DNA of 63,375 bases, filler included, from Piptocephalis cylindrospora (taxonomy: Eukaryota), in the NCBI GenBank assembly GCA_003614145.1. It is 2 parts of 2 records of this genome, joined end to end, with 100 filler letters (N's around TTAATTAATTAA, not from the genome) between each part and the next. Parts side by side here need not be neighbours in the genome. Positions count along the whole stretch, not along the records: positions 31,876 to 63,375 come from KZ987751.1; 1 more part is not named here. The stretch is one strand, 5' to 3'. Position 1 is the first letter of the stretch; each line of letters starts with the position of its first letter. Below are positions 34,449 through 47,339 of the stretch, piece by piece. The translations under genes were made by a program, and so were the position numbers. The notes beneath the pieces were generated by a model. The model worked only from the letters and a program-made list of their open reading frames with translations, did not search any database and was not told the origin of the DNA.

Positions 34449-37400
34449 CTAGATGTGCTGCTTATGGAGCTCGGATTGAAGATGGTGAATGAGGTGGAGC
34501 ATTTGCTCATTCTCGGCCCGGAGGTCCTCGGCGGTCTTGGAGAGTGCCGTGATCTGCTCCTTCTGCATATCCACTTGCATCTCCATCGTGTCCTTAGCCT
34601 CACGCAGCTCATCCACCTGAGAACGCCAGGCCCTTTCATTGGCCGCCACCAGCTCCGAGGAGGCAGCTTCGTGCTCATCCAATTGACCCTTCCATTGGGC
34701 CTCGAGTCCCTTAAGCTCTCCTTCCTGGAAGTCGGCGAGCGCCTTGAGTTGAGCTCGAAGCCCTTCGGTCTCAATGGACTTCTCCTCCAGCTCAGCCCGG
34801 AGTCTCATCTCCACATCCCGGATCCGGCCCTCGGCTTCCGCCTCCCCGGCCTGAGCTCCGGCAAGCTCCTCGCACAACCGCGTCACCTCAATCTCGGACT
34901 CATTCAGCTGGGCCCTGGCCAGGTTGGCCTCGGACTCGGCGCGTTGCCGCGCCTCCAGGAGCTCCTCCCTTTCGTCCATCCCTTCGACCTCCTCCTGAAT
35001 TCGGTCCCTCTCCCTCTCCGCCTCTTCCAGAGCCGAGCGAAGAGATATGGCCTCGGCTTCAGCCTCGGCCAGCCTGATTTCCAGAGCCTCCATATTTCCT
35101 CCGCCCTCCTCCTCCCTGGCCTTGGCTTCCGTGGCCTTAGCCTCCAAAGCCTCCTTGAGCTCCTGACGAACTCGAGACAGCTCCTCCTCCAGTTCCTCAA
35201 CGTGGGCGTCGGACCCCACGGAATCGGATTGCCTCATGACAATGGCCTCAGCCAAATCGGTGGCGTGGCGCTCCTCGGCCTCCTCAGCCTCCTGAGCATA
35301 TCGAACCTCCAGGGAAGCCCTTAGTCCCTCCATTTCCCAGGTAGCCAGCGCTCCAATGGCCGCCAGCTGTGCGACGGCCTCGGTCCGAAAGGACTGCAAG
35401 CGCTCCTCGGCGTCTTGGGACCGACGACGGGAGGATTCCTCGATCTCCTGAATGGCCAGGGTATGAGCCTCCCGAAGGGCCGAGAGTTCCTCCCGAAGGC
35501 TACGGGCCTCCTCCTCGGCTTGCGTCTCTCCCTCAGTCTGGACAGGGACAATGGCTTCGTGGGCCCGGTCAAGTTCCTCGCGTAGCTTGACCTCCCAAGC
35601 CGCTTCGGATTCCTTGTGGGCCTGGTGGAGTCGGTTAAGCTCCTCTAAATGAGCCTGTTCAATCTTCTCAATATGCTCTTCATGCTCCTTCCCGAGGGAG
35701 GATAGAGCTTCTTCCAAACTGGCCTTCTCCCCCTCCATCTTGCTTTCTAGCTCCTGGATCTTTTCCTGCAGAGCCATGACCTTGTCCTCCTTCTCCACTT
35801 CTCCGGACTGGTCAATGTCCCTGGTCAAGGTAGAATCAGCCTTGTCAGCCCGCAGAGCCTCAGTGATGGTGGCGTGCTCGGCCTGAAGGGTACAGATCCT
35901 CTCTTCATGCTCCTCCTTGAGCTGATCCAGGGCTTTTTGGTGATCGCGTTGGGCAGAATCCAATTGCTCGCGAGTCTGGGCAGCCTCACCAGCCACCCTC
36001 TTGACTTCCTCCTCATTGGCCTCGACACGTTCACGAAGACCAGATTCAATACCCCGCATCTTCTCCTCATATCCTTCTTCGACGACACGCAGGGCTTCCT
36101 CCTTTTCTTGGGCAAGCTGGGAGAGCTCAATATCATGATCGGCCTTGGCTTGAGTAAGTGAATCTTCAAGGGCCTTAATCCTCTCATCCACCTCCTCTGG
36201 GGAAGAGGCGTTAGTGGAAGAAATAGCGGTAGATTGCTCCTTGAGAGCTTCAAGTTCCTTGTGAGCAAGATCCAATTTGCCTTCCCAAGCGGCATCGCAC
36301 TCAGCCAGAGCTTGGGTCTTGGCATCTTCAAGGGCAGCGCATGCCTTGGCATGCTCCTGACGTAATTCCTCCAGGGTGCGAGAGTGCTCAGAGTGAAGGG
36401 ATTCAATGGTGGAGGAGAGGTCATCCGCATCACTGCCCTTAAGGGAGGAGGTAGCACTGGCCAGTTCCTCTGAGTGTTGCTCCTTGAGCTGACCCATCTC
36501 CTGAACATGAGCACCAACAAGACGTTCCATCTCCTCGGCCGACGCACTCTGGACGGTGGTGACGAGGGAAGTATGGGCCTCCTCTAGACCTTCGATGGCC
36601 TCGGCATGCTCGGAACGGACACGCTGCAGCTCCTCATGAAGCTGGGTCACTTCTTCCTGGAGTCTTTCCAGTTCTTCCTCCTTCACCTTCCATTTACCCC
36701 TCTCTTCATCGAGGGAGGAGGTGAGGGAGGCAATGGTTTCATCCTTGGTGGAGATGGAGTTCTGAGGAAGAGAGGGAGGAGTAAGTATGTATCCTCTTCC
36801 ACTTTCCATTACAATGTACAATGGATTCATACCTGATTGATAGTCAGTTCTTCACGAAGAGTAGCCAACTCGGACTCTTTTTCCTTTAAGGCTTCTTCTT
36901 TGGCAAGGAGATCCTTTCCTAAATCTTCACTCTTCCCCTTGTATTGAGACAGCTCCTCCTTAAGGGCAGCAACATCGACGGTCTTCCGGACTGGGGCACC
37001 CGTGATGGAGGGGGAGGAGGAAGAGGAAGAAGAAGAGGAGGACCCAGTGGCAGACCTCTTGATGCCTGTGGGGGTGACCTTCCTAGGAGTGGTGCCAGCC
37101 GAAAGAGAGGTTCTCTTGGAGGTGGCGGAAGAGGAGCTTGTGGAGGAAGCGGTCGAGGGGGAACGCCTCACAGCGGTACCGGTACCCGTGCCAGCAGAAG
37201 TAGAGGAGGCAGTACGACGAGTGGCAGTGGGAGCGGCACTGGGGGTGGCGGTGGTGGATTTTCGGGTGACCGAGGCGGTACGAGCGGTGGATGACTTGGT
37301 GGTGGTGGTGGAGGCGGATCGAGCGGTACCGGTAGCACGACCGGAAGCAGGGGTACGAACCGAAGAGGCGGTAGTGGATGTCCTGGCGACTGGGGTACGG

Positions 37401-38197
37401 GTGGTAGAGGTGGTGGAGGAGATGGTGGATCTCCTAGCCGTGGGGGCGGTCGAAGTGGTTGAGGTGGTCTTCGTGGAACCCGGAGCCTTCTTCACCACCT
37501 TCCTCACCACCTTGGCCTTTGGAGATGTGGCGGACTTTTCAGTGGGGTCCCCCTTGGCCTTGGCTTCCTTGACCTTGGGCTCCTCAGACTTGGCTTCCTC
37601 AGATGCGGGCTCTTCAACCTTGGATTCCTCACACTTATCTTCCTCTGGCTTGGGCTCTTTAGGTCCCTCCTCCTCAGGCTTAATCTCCTCATTAGCTTCG
37701 TCAACGGTAGAAATAGGATGAGGATTGGACGAGGTAGAATCTTCTACATCGCCATCCATGACAGATTCAGACTCGAGGTCATTGATCTCATCTTCAAGAG
37801 CGCGAAGCTCCTCAGCCTCAATGGCATCCTTTTCGGCGTCCAAGGAATCAGAGTCCTCCTTGATGACGGATATATCTTCCTCGTTGGAGACGTGACCATT
37901 GCTCTCGGCCTCGATGGCCTCCTTCTCGGCATCGTAGGTATCCATCTGGTCGGAGGGATGGCCATTGACCTCGGCCTCTACTGCTTCCTTCTCGGAATCG
38001 TAGGTATCCCTATCCAGGTCGGAAGCTTCAGAGGAGGCCTCGCCAATGGAGAGGGAGCGATGTTGAGACAGGTCGGTAACTGAAGGAGAGATGGGAGGGG
38101 AGGGAGGGGCGTCCTCGGTGACGGTGGAGCACTCACCCTGAGTACGCCCTTCCTCCAAGGGGGAAGCAGCACTTTGAGCGTGGGATGAAACTTCCAT
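34449..38197 (-). CDS. Large coiled-coil protein (acidic N-terminal repeats, basic Ser/Thr-rich linker, long heptad region), 2 exons
   Basis: Start MEVSSHAQS at 38197; intron 36762-36832 joins the two ORFs in frame; about 800 aa of E/L/A/K-rich heptads. Confidence 0.8.
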
Positions 38198-39869
38198 GAG
38201 GACTGGGGAGGTGGGATGGAGGGAAGGGGGTAAAGTAGTATGAAGTGGATAGAGGGGTGTCAAAGGATGAAAATAACAAAAAGAATGTGAAGTGGAAGGA
38301 AGAAGGAGAGAGGGGGAGCGCAAGAAAAGGAACACAGAGAGACGAGAGGGATGAGGAGGAGTGGAGGAAGAAGAAGAAGAGAGGGAAGGGAGGAAGGAGC
38401 GGGAGAGGAAGGCGGGGGAAGCGGGGGATAAAAATGGGGCGAGGGGACACGAGAGGATGAGCGGGGGGGTGAAAATCTGAGATGGCGGGGGTGGCTGTGT
38501 ATGAGGGAAGGGAGGCAGTGTCTGTGGGTGTGCGTGTGTGTCTCCTCAAGCCGCGTGAAGACGAGATACTGTCAGGCGGTGTGTGTGTGTGCCCTGTCAC
38601 TGCGTAGCGGAGACGAACTAGGTCTGGGGACATATACACACACTATCATATGAGGCCATCCGTCTCTCACACAGTATGAAAAATGCCGTTTGTGCGTGGG
38701 GAAGAAGGTTTTGAGGGATACATGCACACAGTATGTGCTAATGGGAGTTGATGATAAGGAGGAATAAGTGGATAGTATGGGCTAAGCTGGGGGGGCCAGC
38801 GGTGAGGTACTTGTCGAGAGAATGGCTCTGCAGTTACATGCATCCCCAGTAGGAGCGAGAGAGGGAGAAAGGGGCAAGGAGAAAAAGGGGAGGATGCAGA
38901 AAGGACAAGGGTGGATGGATCAGCACTTGAGATCTGTTCTTTCCCACCGTCCTTTATGAAGGATGAGCAGGCATTATTCACCCCAAGCGCTGTGATATCT
39001 AGAAAGAATGGTTCTCATTGCACCACGCCTGGAACTCATGGAACATCATTGATCATCCACCCTAGGGGTGTTTTAGTGGGCTAGGGTCGAAGGCATGCCA
39101 GGGCAATTGAGGGTCGAGGACATGCTAGGAGGAGGACGGTAACACGAGTCAAACTCAAATCTTTATTTAGTATCATGCCATGTCACATCACATCACGCCA
39201 AACTAATTTCTTTTTTTATACTATTTATACTATTATCCTATACATATATCACCTTTCCCTCCTCGTCTCCTAAATCATGTCAAGTCCTGATCGGGAAATC
39301 GTCCATTTGGGTAAATTTCAGCCTCAAACCCCATGCTAATGCGCCAGTCGGTTTCTCTCCAGTATAAAATCTTGTGATTCCAACAGCATGGTCATCCATT
39401 TCCCCTCTCCTCATATATAGGTATATATACACACATCCACACCATACACACACTCTCTGTTCCAAAGTGTGATGGAGTGAAAGTGCGCGTTCTCCCGAAC
39501 CCTCCGGACCACCACTACTGCTGCCGCTTTTTCCCCCACACTACGTTCTGTCTCCGTCGTCTCTCCGTCCCTCCGTCTACCCGGCTTACCCCACCCGAAC
39601 CCGCCCATCTGCCGCCACTACAGTATGGTCGCCTACACCCGGCGAGGACGCAGGGCACAACGCCTCGCGAGCCATCCTACTCCCGTCGGTCCAAGAAACC
39701 CCACTCCCCCGCACACACACATCTCATTCTACTCCCATCCAAACCCTCCTCCCTCCAAAGCAGTAAAGCCCCCACTCAGTCGGTCGTCTCCTGTCTCTTG
39801 ACTTTTCACCCCTCTACTCTTCTTCTCCTCCCCTCCCAAAAGAAACAACAACCTCTCACCTTCAACGCC

Positions 39870-41265
39870 ATGCTTCCCTTTGCTCGCGCCTCTCTACGCT
39901 CCGCCACGACGGCCCGTGTCTCCACGGTAAGTAGAATTCTCTTCCTTGACTGGTCTCGTCCCCCCCAATCGACTCAATCCTCCTCCATACCCCTCTTCCT
40001 AGAAACTCACCGCTCAGCGTCGTGGTCTCGCCATCCACGAATACCTCTCAATGGAGCAGCTCCAATCATACGGAGTGGCCACCCCCAAGGGCTTCCCAGC
40101 CAATACGGCCTCCGAGGCCAGGGCGGCTGCGGAGAAGCTTGGAACGGACGACTTGGTGATCAAGGCCCAGGTCCTGGCTGGAGGCCGTGGTAAGGGAACC
40201 TTTTCCTCTGGCCTCAAGGGAGGTGTCCGTCTCATCAACTCTCCGGCCCAGGCTGAGGAGCTGGCCGGAAAGATGCTGGGACAGACCCTGGTCACCAAGC
40301 AGACGGGAGCTGCAGGGAAGGTATGCAACACCGTGTACATTGCCGAGCGCAAGTACGCCCGGAAGGAATACTACTTTGCCATCCTCATGGACCGTAAGAC
40401 TAAGGGCCCTGCCCTCGTCGCCTCTAGCGAAGGAGGTGTGGACATTGAGACAGTGGCCAAGGAGAATCCCTCGGCCATCATCTCTGTCCCCATCGACATC
40501 CACACCGGGCTGACTGATGATATTGCCAAACAGGTCGTGAGCGCCATGGGCTTCTCTTCCCCTTCCGCCGAGTCCCAGGCCCGGGAGACCATCCAGAGGC
40601 TGTACAAGCTCTTCATCGAGCGGGACGCCACCCAGGTCGAGATTAACCCTCTGTCCGAGACATCGGATGGCAAGGTCCTGTGCATGGATGCCAAGCTCAA
40701 CTTTGATGATAATGCAGAGTTCCGTCAGCAGGATGTCTTTGCCCTTCGTGACACCACCCAGGAGGATCCCCGGGAGGTCCAGGCCCACAAGTCCGACCTC
40801 AACTACATTGGTCTGGATGGTTCCATCGGCTGTCTGGTCAATGGTGCAGGCCTTGCCATGTCCACCCTTGACATCATTCAGCTTCACGGGGGCAAGCCCG
40901 CCAACTTCCTCGACGTCGGTGGCGGTGCCACGGCCAAGCAGGTGACTGAAGCCTTCAAGCTCATCTCCTCCGATCACAACGTCACTGCCATTCTCGTCAA
41001 CATCTTTGGCGGGATCATGCGATGCGACGTCATTGCCGAGGGTATCATTTCGGCCGTCAATGAGCTCGACATGGATATTCCTCTCGTCGTCCGTCTCCAG
41101 GGCTCCAAGGTGGATGAGGCCAAGGCCCTCATCGCCTCCTCTGGCCTCAAGATCTTCTCCGAGGATGATCTTGACAAGGCTGCCAACCTTTCCGTCAAGG
41201 TCTCCAAGATTGTTCAACTTGCCAAGGAATCCGGTGTGTCCATCAAGTTCGACCCTTCCCAGTAA
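39870..41265 (+). CDS. LSC2: Succinyl-CoA ligase beta subunit, mitochondrial
   Basis: Arg/Ser-rich presequence exon and intron 39927-40002, then [55 protein letters not shown] and [11 protein letters not shown]. Confidence 0.97.
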
Positions 41266-41781
41266 GCGCGCTGAATAGGATAGGGAAGGAGTGAGAGGGA
41301 AGAAAAGAATACAGAATGATACGTAGAGAATAGCGTTTTGTACGGTGAGGCTGCCTCTCTCTTGAGGGTATCTTCAGGCACTTTTTTTTGGAGTATGGTA
41401 ACCAATGCGCTACAAAGATGTGTGTGGGGTAAAGTAGACTGATGCTTGGTTCATAAACAACATCAACATGCCTTTTGCATTGCATTTTTAAATGAACAAG
41501 AACGAATCCTGCTTTTCTGAAATGCTCGAAAATGCAATGGCATATAAACTCATAGACTTATAAACCCATACCATGTTTTGATCAAGGGTGTCAAGTGGAT
41601 GTTCATACATTTCTTATGACGCCCCTGCCACATCTACATCCACTTTTACTGTGCATGGTATGAGACGAATTATTAAAAAGGGGCGTTTTTAAAAAAATCG
41701 AGCGATTTTCCTCGGCTGACTCGAGTTCAACTTCTCCTCCAACAGTGCAGCCACCACTCAGGACCAAACAGCACCAGAGAG

Positions 41782-41874
41782 TCGCGTCTACATCCTTGCC
41801 TGATGCAGCACACACAACACACACGCATTTACATTTACATCTCAGACTGGTGCTCTCGCCAAGGAAAAACGCGT
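41782..41874. promoter_or_regulatory. MCB-like elements upstream of RFA3
   Basis: TCGCGT at 41782-41787 and ACGCGT at 41869-41874. Confidence 0.5.
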
Positions 41875-41929
41875 CCATCCCCCATCACTCTTGACTCACT
41901 CTGCATCATCCCGTCCTCACCATCTCCAA

Positions 41930-42250
41930 ATGGATAAACCTACCCCAAGAGTCTCTTCGGCCCAGCTGGCCACAAATGCCGGATCAACTGTTCGTCTAGT
42001 AGGAAAAGTGCTGCAGCATACGGGAGATTCAGCATTGGTGGAGGCGTGTGATCATGGCCAGGTCCCTGTTCAGTTGACACCAGGAAGTGCCTGGGGAAGC
42101 AAGTATGTCGAGGTCATTGGACGGGTCAGCGATGACGGCACGGGTCTACAAGAACTCAACACCCTGAACCTGGGAGATTCCTTTGATATGGACTCGTATG
42201 CCCAACTCCTTCATCTCATTCCCAAGTTTCCTGAGCTGTTTGGTCAATGA
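41930..42250 (+). CDS. RFA3: Replication protein A 14-kDa subunit (OB fold)
   Basis: MDKPTPRVSSAQL...TVRLVGKV...KYVEVIGRV...LGDSFDMDSY...KFPELF matches the RPA3/Ssb3 pattern. Confidence 0.9.
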   Translation: MDKPTPRVSSAQLATNAGSTVRLVGKVLQHTGDSALVEACDHGQVPVQLTPGSAWGSKYVEVIGRVSDDGTGLQELNTLNLGDSFDMDSYAQLLHLIPKFPELFGQ

Positions 42251-42354
42251 GGCGGACGGACGAAAAGGGGTAGGGGGTGTCATTGCTGGGAATTGCACAC
42301 AATCATCGCCATCCTATAAACTGTGTTCCATGCCTCTGTCAAGGAGAGGGGTGT

Positions 42355-43562
42355 TTATTTCACAGACTCGTCTCCATCATCCAGTACATGAGCAATCCCT
42401 TGGATCAACTGACCCATGGTGTAATTGGCCCCATAGTGCATATCGTACCACCAATTCACGGCAATAACCCGATTACCCACCTGTCGCACATGATGGAACC
42501 ATAGGGAGGGGAGGTACAGGAGGTCTCCCGGGTCCAGGGTCACACGGATCGGTCGAGCCATCCGGAATCTAGGGTACTTGGCCGTCTGGGCCTCCAATGG
42601 AGCATCAGGATCTACAGGGATCCATGGGACATGTACAGGTCTCCCCTCCCCATCTAGACAGGGGCACAGCTCCAAGGAAGATCCCGTTGTTTCCTTGTAT
42701 TCTGCCACGGGATACTCCTTTTGATGAAGACACCAATAGTCCGATGGTGGATATCTAGGAAGGAGATGTTGGTCGCCCCTCCCTTGACAAGCACCCTTAT
42801 CAGGAACACTTACAATGTAAACACCTTTCGACCACATACAACTCCATATACGTTCTCATATGGGTCTTTGTGAAGGGAGGTGACCGATCGATGGTTCCCC
42901 ATCCAAAAATTCTTGGCGTCCACCGGTACTCCAAGGGCCTCCGAGCAAAATCTAATCTCTCGGGGTGTGTCCTGGGCTAGAGTTTCGTACTCCCCAGACA
43001 TATTCCCATTCTGAGATTGCAGGTAGAGGACCGGCCCATCCACCCGGTCTCCTTGCTCTGCTAGGGCCTTGGTAAAGGCGGAGATGGGCATGGTCCTGGT
43101 GCCTGGAAGAGCAAAGTATTTTCCATCTTGGGCAATGGAATCTGCATATCCATCTGGAGTAATGGAAATGGATAGAGGTTTATCCTGGAGTTGTTCCACC
43201 AAGTAAGCATCCTTCTTCCACAGCTCTATCGCTGGCCAATCCCTTCCTGCGCCTTGTGCAGGGAAGTTGAGAGATGATATATCATTATACTCTTCCTATC
43301 CTCCTTACCTCGAAAGACGGCTGGGGTGTTGGTGGAAACCAGACGAAGAAATTCCAAGGCCGTGGGTTCCCCGTGAAATTCCTGACAGAACCCGTTGGGT
43401 CTTGCTCCCAATAACTCTGATGGACAGGGAGAGGGAGACGAGGAAAGGGGAAAGGGATGAGGACATGGGAAGTCAAGCAAGGTCAGGTTACTTACCGCCC
43501 GTCTCTTCGACGTACGTGTCCAGTAATTGGGATAGTCTAGTGGATATATCTTGTTTTGGCAT
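42355..43562 (-). CDS. JMJD7: JmjC-domain 2OG/Fe(II) oxygenase, JMJD7-like (4 exons)
   Basis: PTALEFLRLVSTNTPAVFRG, TPDGYADSI, YLQSQNGNM, the HxD motif in TSLHKDPYENVYGVVCGRKVF, LYLPSLWFHHV and IAVNWWYDM; three GT-AG introns. Confidence 0.88.
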
Positions 43563-43788
43563 GTGAGGAAAGAAGACGTGATGGTTTCTAGAAAAAGTAG
43601 GCAAGAGAGGATACCCGATGAATTATCTCTGTCATGTGCGACATTCCATGCAGCATCAGGAGGCAGTGTGGTGTGTAAGGATTCTCTAAACATCACCCTT
43701 TCTGTTAAAAAGCATCTAGCATGCCTTGTTTGTTATTCTCGACGCTTCCCATATTGGATCTTGCATGTATTTCTCTCTTCCTCAAGAA

Positions 43789-44514
43789 TTACTCTTTCTT
43801 CTCAGGACGAATCGATTGAACCGCCCTCAGCTTGGCCTGAGTGTTAAAGTAGGTACCAAAAACAAAGGCGACTAGGTTAAAGTATGGGGTCCACAGATCC
43901 AATGGCATGTACCGGATGGCCGACATTTGCACCAGGGGGAATATGACCCAAGAAGTCTTTTGCATCCCCAGCCACCCGGCCTGGACAGCTTCACGCACCT
44001 GACCCACTGTTCCTTTTCCGGCGATGATGGCCATTGCAGAGAGGAAGACTAGAGGGTATATGGGATGGGATGGGATGGGATGAGTGACGCATTTGCAGCA
44101 TCATCTCTCATGTCCTTTCTTACCAGCGTTTTGAATGGGAGAAATAATGAGATTACTCAAGAGAAGGGTAAGTAAGGCCCATCGTGGCCCCTTCCTTCCA
44201 CCAATGATACGACCAAGGGCAGCGTAGAGGGTATGGCCAAGGGGACCAGAGATCAAAAGACCATAAAGAGCCATTTTGATAATGCGAATTCCATCCAGAC
44301 TGGAGAGGATCTTGACCAGGGATACCTTGACCTTGGGGTCGTTACCGACCTTGGCCCTATACCTGGCCAGGGTCACCTGGGTTGCCACCTGGGCCAATGC
44401 TTCCTGGGCTCCCGTGAGGGCTCCAGCAGTCAATGACTTGGTACGTAATGGATTCTCCTCCAGCTGGACCAGGTATTTCTGTAGCCAGTTAGGTGTTTTC
44501 TGCATATTGGACAT
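43789..44514 (-). CDS. Mpv17/PMP22-family peroxisomal membrane protein
   Basis: YLVQLEENPLRTKSLTAGAL, MALYGLLISGPLGH and SWVIFPLVQ...PYFNLVAFVFGTYFN; intron 44049-44123. Confidence 0.9.
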
Positions 44515-45075
44515 GGTGTTTGTAGTATGGTAGAAGATGGGGAGGGGAAGAGGAGGAGAGGAGGAGAGAAGAGAAGGAAGTGATGAATAGGAGCGGTCCT
44601 ATATCTTTATAAGGATGGGACCGCATCATATCTCTGAGAGCTGCTTAGTGCTTGTTATTCCCTGAGCACATGATTTATGATGCGAACCGGAAAGTCAGAA
44701 TTGGTTTGCTCGCCCACACAGACACATACACAGTCCATGCTGCCCATAGCACGCTCCCTTCCCCACACACTGAGGAGTGTGGGTAAAGAGATGGTGAGGG
44801 CCGTGGGAGCGCTAGGTTCAGTTACGATGCTCGTCGTGTGTGGGGGATGAGTACAGGCTCACTAGGAATGGAGCGAGGGAAGTGTCTGTGTATCGGTGCC
44901 CCTACCACGGACATATTCAAGTGTATAAGTCCGTGGAATGAATGGTAAGAGCACATTTCCTCGCAATGTACGGGGAAAAGTAGGGCCGAGCTTTCCTGCA
45001 ACGCACCATTTTCCTCTCCCCATGGAAAAGAACGATCCTCTTGTACACATACATACACGCACACTCGCCACCCTG

Positions 45076-46385
45076 TCATCGTAAGGATTGAGCAATGTCT
45101 CCCAGTAAAGAATCCCTTTCCCTTTCCACTTTGGCCTAGAAGAAGAGGGTAAGGTGGGAGGGATGGACCAAAAAACACGACCACCCGCACATACCAGTTG
45201 CCCCTTAATCTCCTTATATCGATCCTTTGCCTCGTTCATATCCTACTCTCAGGGATGAGCGTGTGAGCAGAGATCAATGGCTGCTTTCGTACCATATCGC
45301 GCCCATTCGATATCTTTCTCTCAATCACATTCATCGACTCCAAGCTTACCAGAGGCAGATTATGATAGGGCGCAAGGTCCTCCTCGAGTCTGGACAGTTG
45401 AAGCCGTTTCCAGGTCATCTCCTGCTCAAGATCATCGGGTGTCTTGGTGGTCATACCCTCCTTCCATCCGTCTTTGATACGTTTCTCCTATCCTCATCAT
45501 GGATGGTTCAAAAGATCGTTGGTATACTCTATCCCACCTCCCTAGCCTTCCTTACCACATGATGTCGTGACCTTTCCTGATACTCTCGAATCTTTTCTTC
45601 CAGGATGGGGCCATTGACCTGGGACCAATCCTCCTCCTTGACCCTCCAAACCCTTGACTCCTCCCTGTATCTTTGGAGGAGCTGATTCCCTTGCCTTGCT
45701 TCGTCTCTTTTCGATGAGGAATAGCTCATCCGTGAAATGTCCCTCATTAAACTAGCCTCCCTGATTTTCCCTTGATCCTCCATCTTGATTAAATCCATCA
45801 AAGCTGGATAAAGACTGGCCTTTTCCAGCGGATTGATCCCTCCCATACACTCCGATATTTCCACAAGGGTCTCCAGCGCCTCTTGGCCTTCTACAGGAAG
45901 TTGATCCGGATGAAGGCCTATCCCCTGTAGGGCTAGAGAAATGAGGGGAGGTTAATGGCAAGGAAGGAGCGTGATCGTCCCGAGCTCTAAACCCACCTTT
46001 CTCCATCTCTTCGATATCTTCATCCTCCCTATCCATATCATCCTCCCCTTCCATCCACGCTCCCATCCATTCTTCTTGCTGTCGAGAAAGACGCATCATC
46101 CCTCCCAGAATATCTAATGCTTCTGGGCTTTGATCTACTAGCTTTCCCTTCCTTTGTGGATCAACCTCATCCAGCCAGGATAGAATCTATCGGGGAAAGA
46201 TGAGACAGGACTAGGGCCCATGACCAGTAATGACTTACATTGTCCCATTCGATGGGCGATGACGCCAGGGTGGGATCCTCCTCATCCCTCATGGGCGATA
46301 AGACGTAGTCCTCAGGGGGTTCAAGAGTTCGCTTGGCGCCCTTAGCTCTCTCGTCATTTTCGTTGCGTTTAGGTGGGATGGTCAT
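45076..46385 (-). CDS. HAUS augmin-like complex subunit 1-like protein (multi-exon)
   Basis: Spliced translation gives EWDN/ILSWLDEV...EALDILGGM, LPVEGQEALETLVEISECMG and LAPYHNLPL...RVNEAKDRY...AKVERERDSLL. This resembles HAUS1 from memory; exon boundaries are partly inferred. Confidence 0.6.
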
Positions 46386-46677
46386 AAGATGAAGAACCAA
46401 ATAACTAGAGAAGAGGAGGAAGCGATAGTAGCCCCAACAACAACAACAACAATAGTAATGGCTGTCCCTAAACGCGATGCCTCATGAGGCATACCATCGG
46501 GGTTTCAACGTGATCCTCCCCCTCCCCCTACTCTTTATGTCCATCATCCCAATGTAAACGATGACACACTTTGTCCTCATGCATGCAAAATGATAAGCAT
46601 TTTTTCCTTTACGCATACGCCTGTTGTTATTCAAGGGTCATACATGCATCAACCCTCCTCTCCCTCCTCGCCCAAAC

Positions 46678-47262
46678 TTAAAGGTACGCAAGAATGGAGT
46701 AATCCTCCATGACAATGGACTTGCCCCCATAGGCCACGGCCATACCTCCAATGAGATGGGTACCGGCCTTGCCAATGTGCTGTCCCCCTTCAATCTTGGC
46801 CTTGGCAATGAAGAGGGGAGTGCCATCGGCCTCGTATCCTCCCTCCACCGGGGTCCAATCCTCCGGGAGAGCTGTACCATGGCAAGGGACCCATCGAAGT
46901 CTCTGTGCATCCCCCACCAGAACCTGGTACTTTTTCACCTTAACTTCCTTATCTATAGGATAAAAGTGAGACAATGACTATCCCAGTCTAACCCACATGA
47001 CTTACCACCAAAGGCAATCAAAAGGCCCTTCCAGTACGGAGACACCTTTCCAACATGCATCCCTCCCTTGTACTCTCCTCTGAGGGAAAAAAAGGAAAAG
47101 AAGAGAGGTAAGGTTCTGCTCATTACATCCTCCTTCAAAGATAGGCACTTACCGTCCAATGAACAATGGCTTACTATCCGACTCGGCCCCACCCTGTACA
47201 GCCATGGAGGGAACACCACCTGATTCGTCATCTACCCAAGAGAAGGGGGAAGGACCAGTCAT
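46678..47262 (-). CDS. Two-repeat DM9 (DUF3421) lectin-like protein
   Basis: Exon 1 is absent from the ORF track: MTGPSPFSWVDDESGGVPSMAVQGGAESDSKPLFIGR. Introns at 47080-47152 and 46953-47005. Repeat 2 reads RWVPCHG...PVEGGYEADGTPLFIAKA...IGKA...YGGK...YSILA. Confidence 0.88.
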
Positions 47263-47289
47263 GTTGAGTTATGTAGGGAGAGTGTGTGT

Positions 47290-47291
<2 letters not shown>

Positions 47292-47336
<45 letters not shown>
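47292..47336. repeat. (GA)n microsatellite in the 5' leader of the DM9 gene
   Basis: Direct reading of the sequence. Confidence 0.95.

Positions 47337-47339
<3 letters not shown>

Noticed and set aside
40066..41217. 383-aa antisense ORF over LSC2, and similar long antisense ORFs over the aminotransferases, kinase, NOP58, trypsins and coiled-coil gene
   Set aside because: These are shadow ORFs expected from GC-rich third-position codon bias in real genes, and they have no independent motifs.
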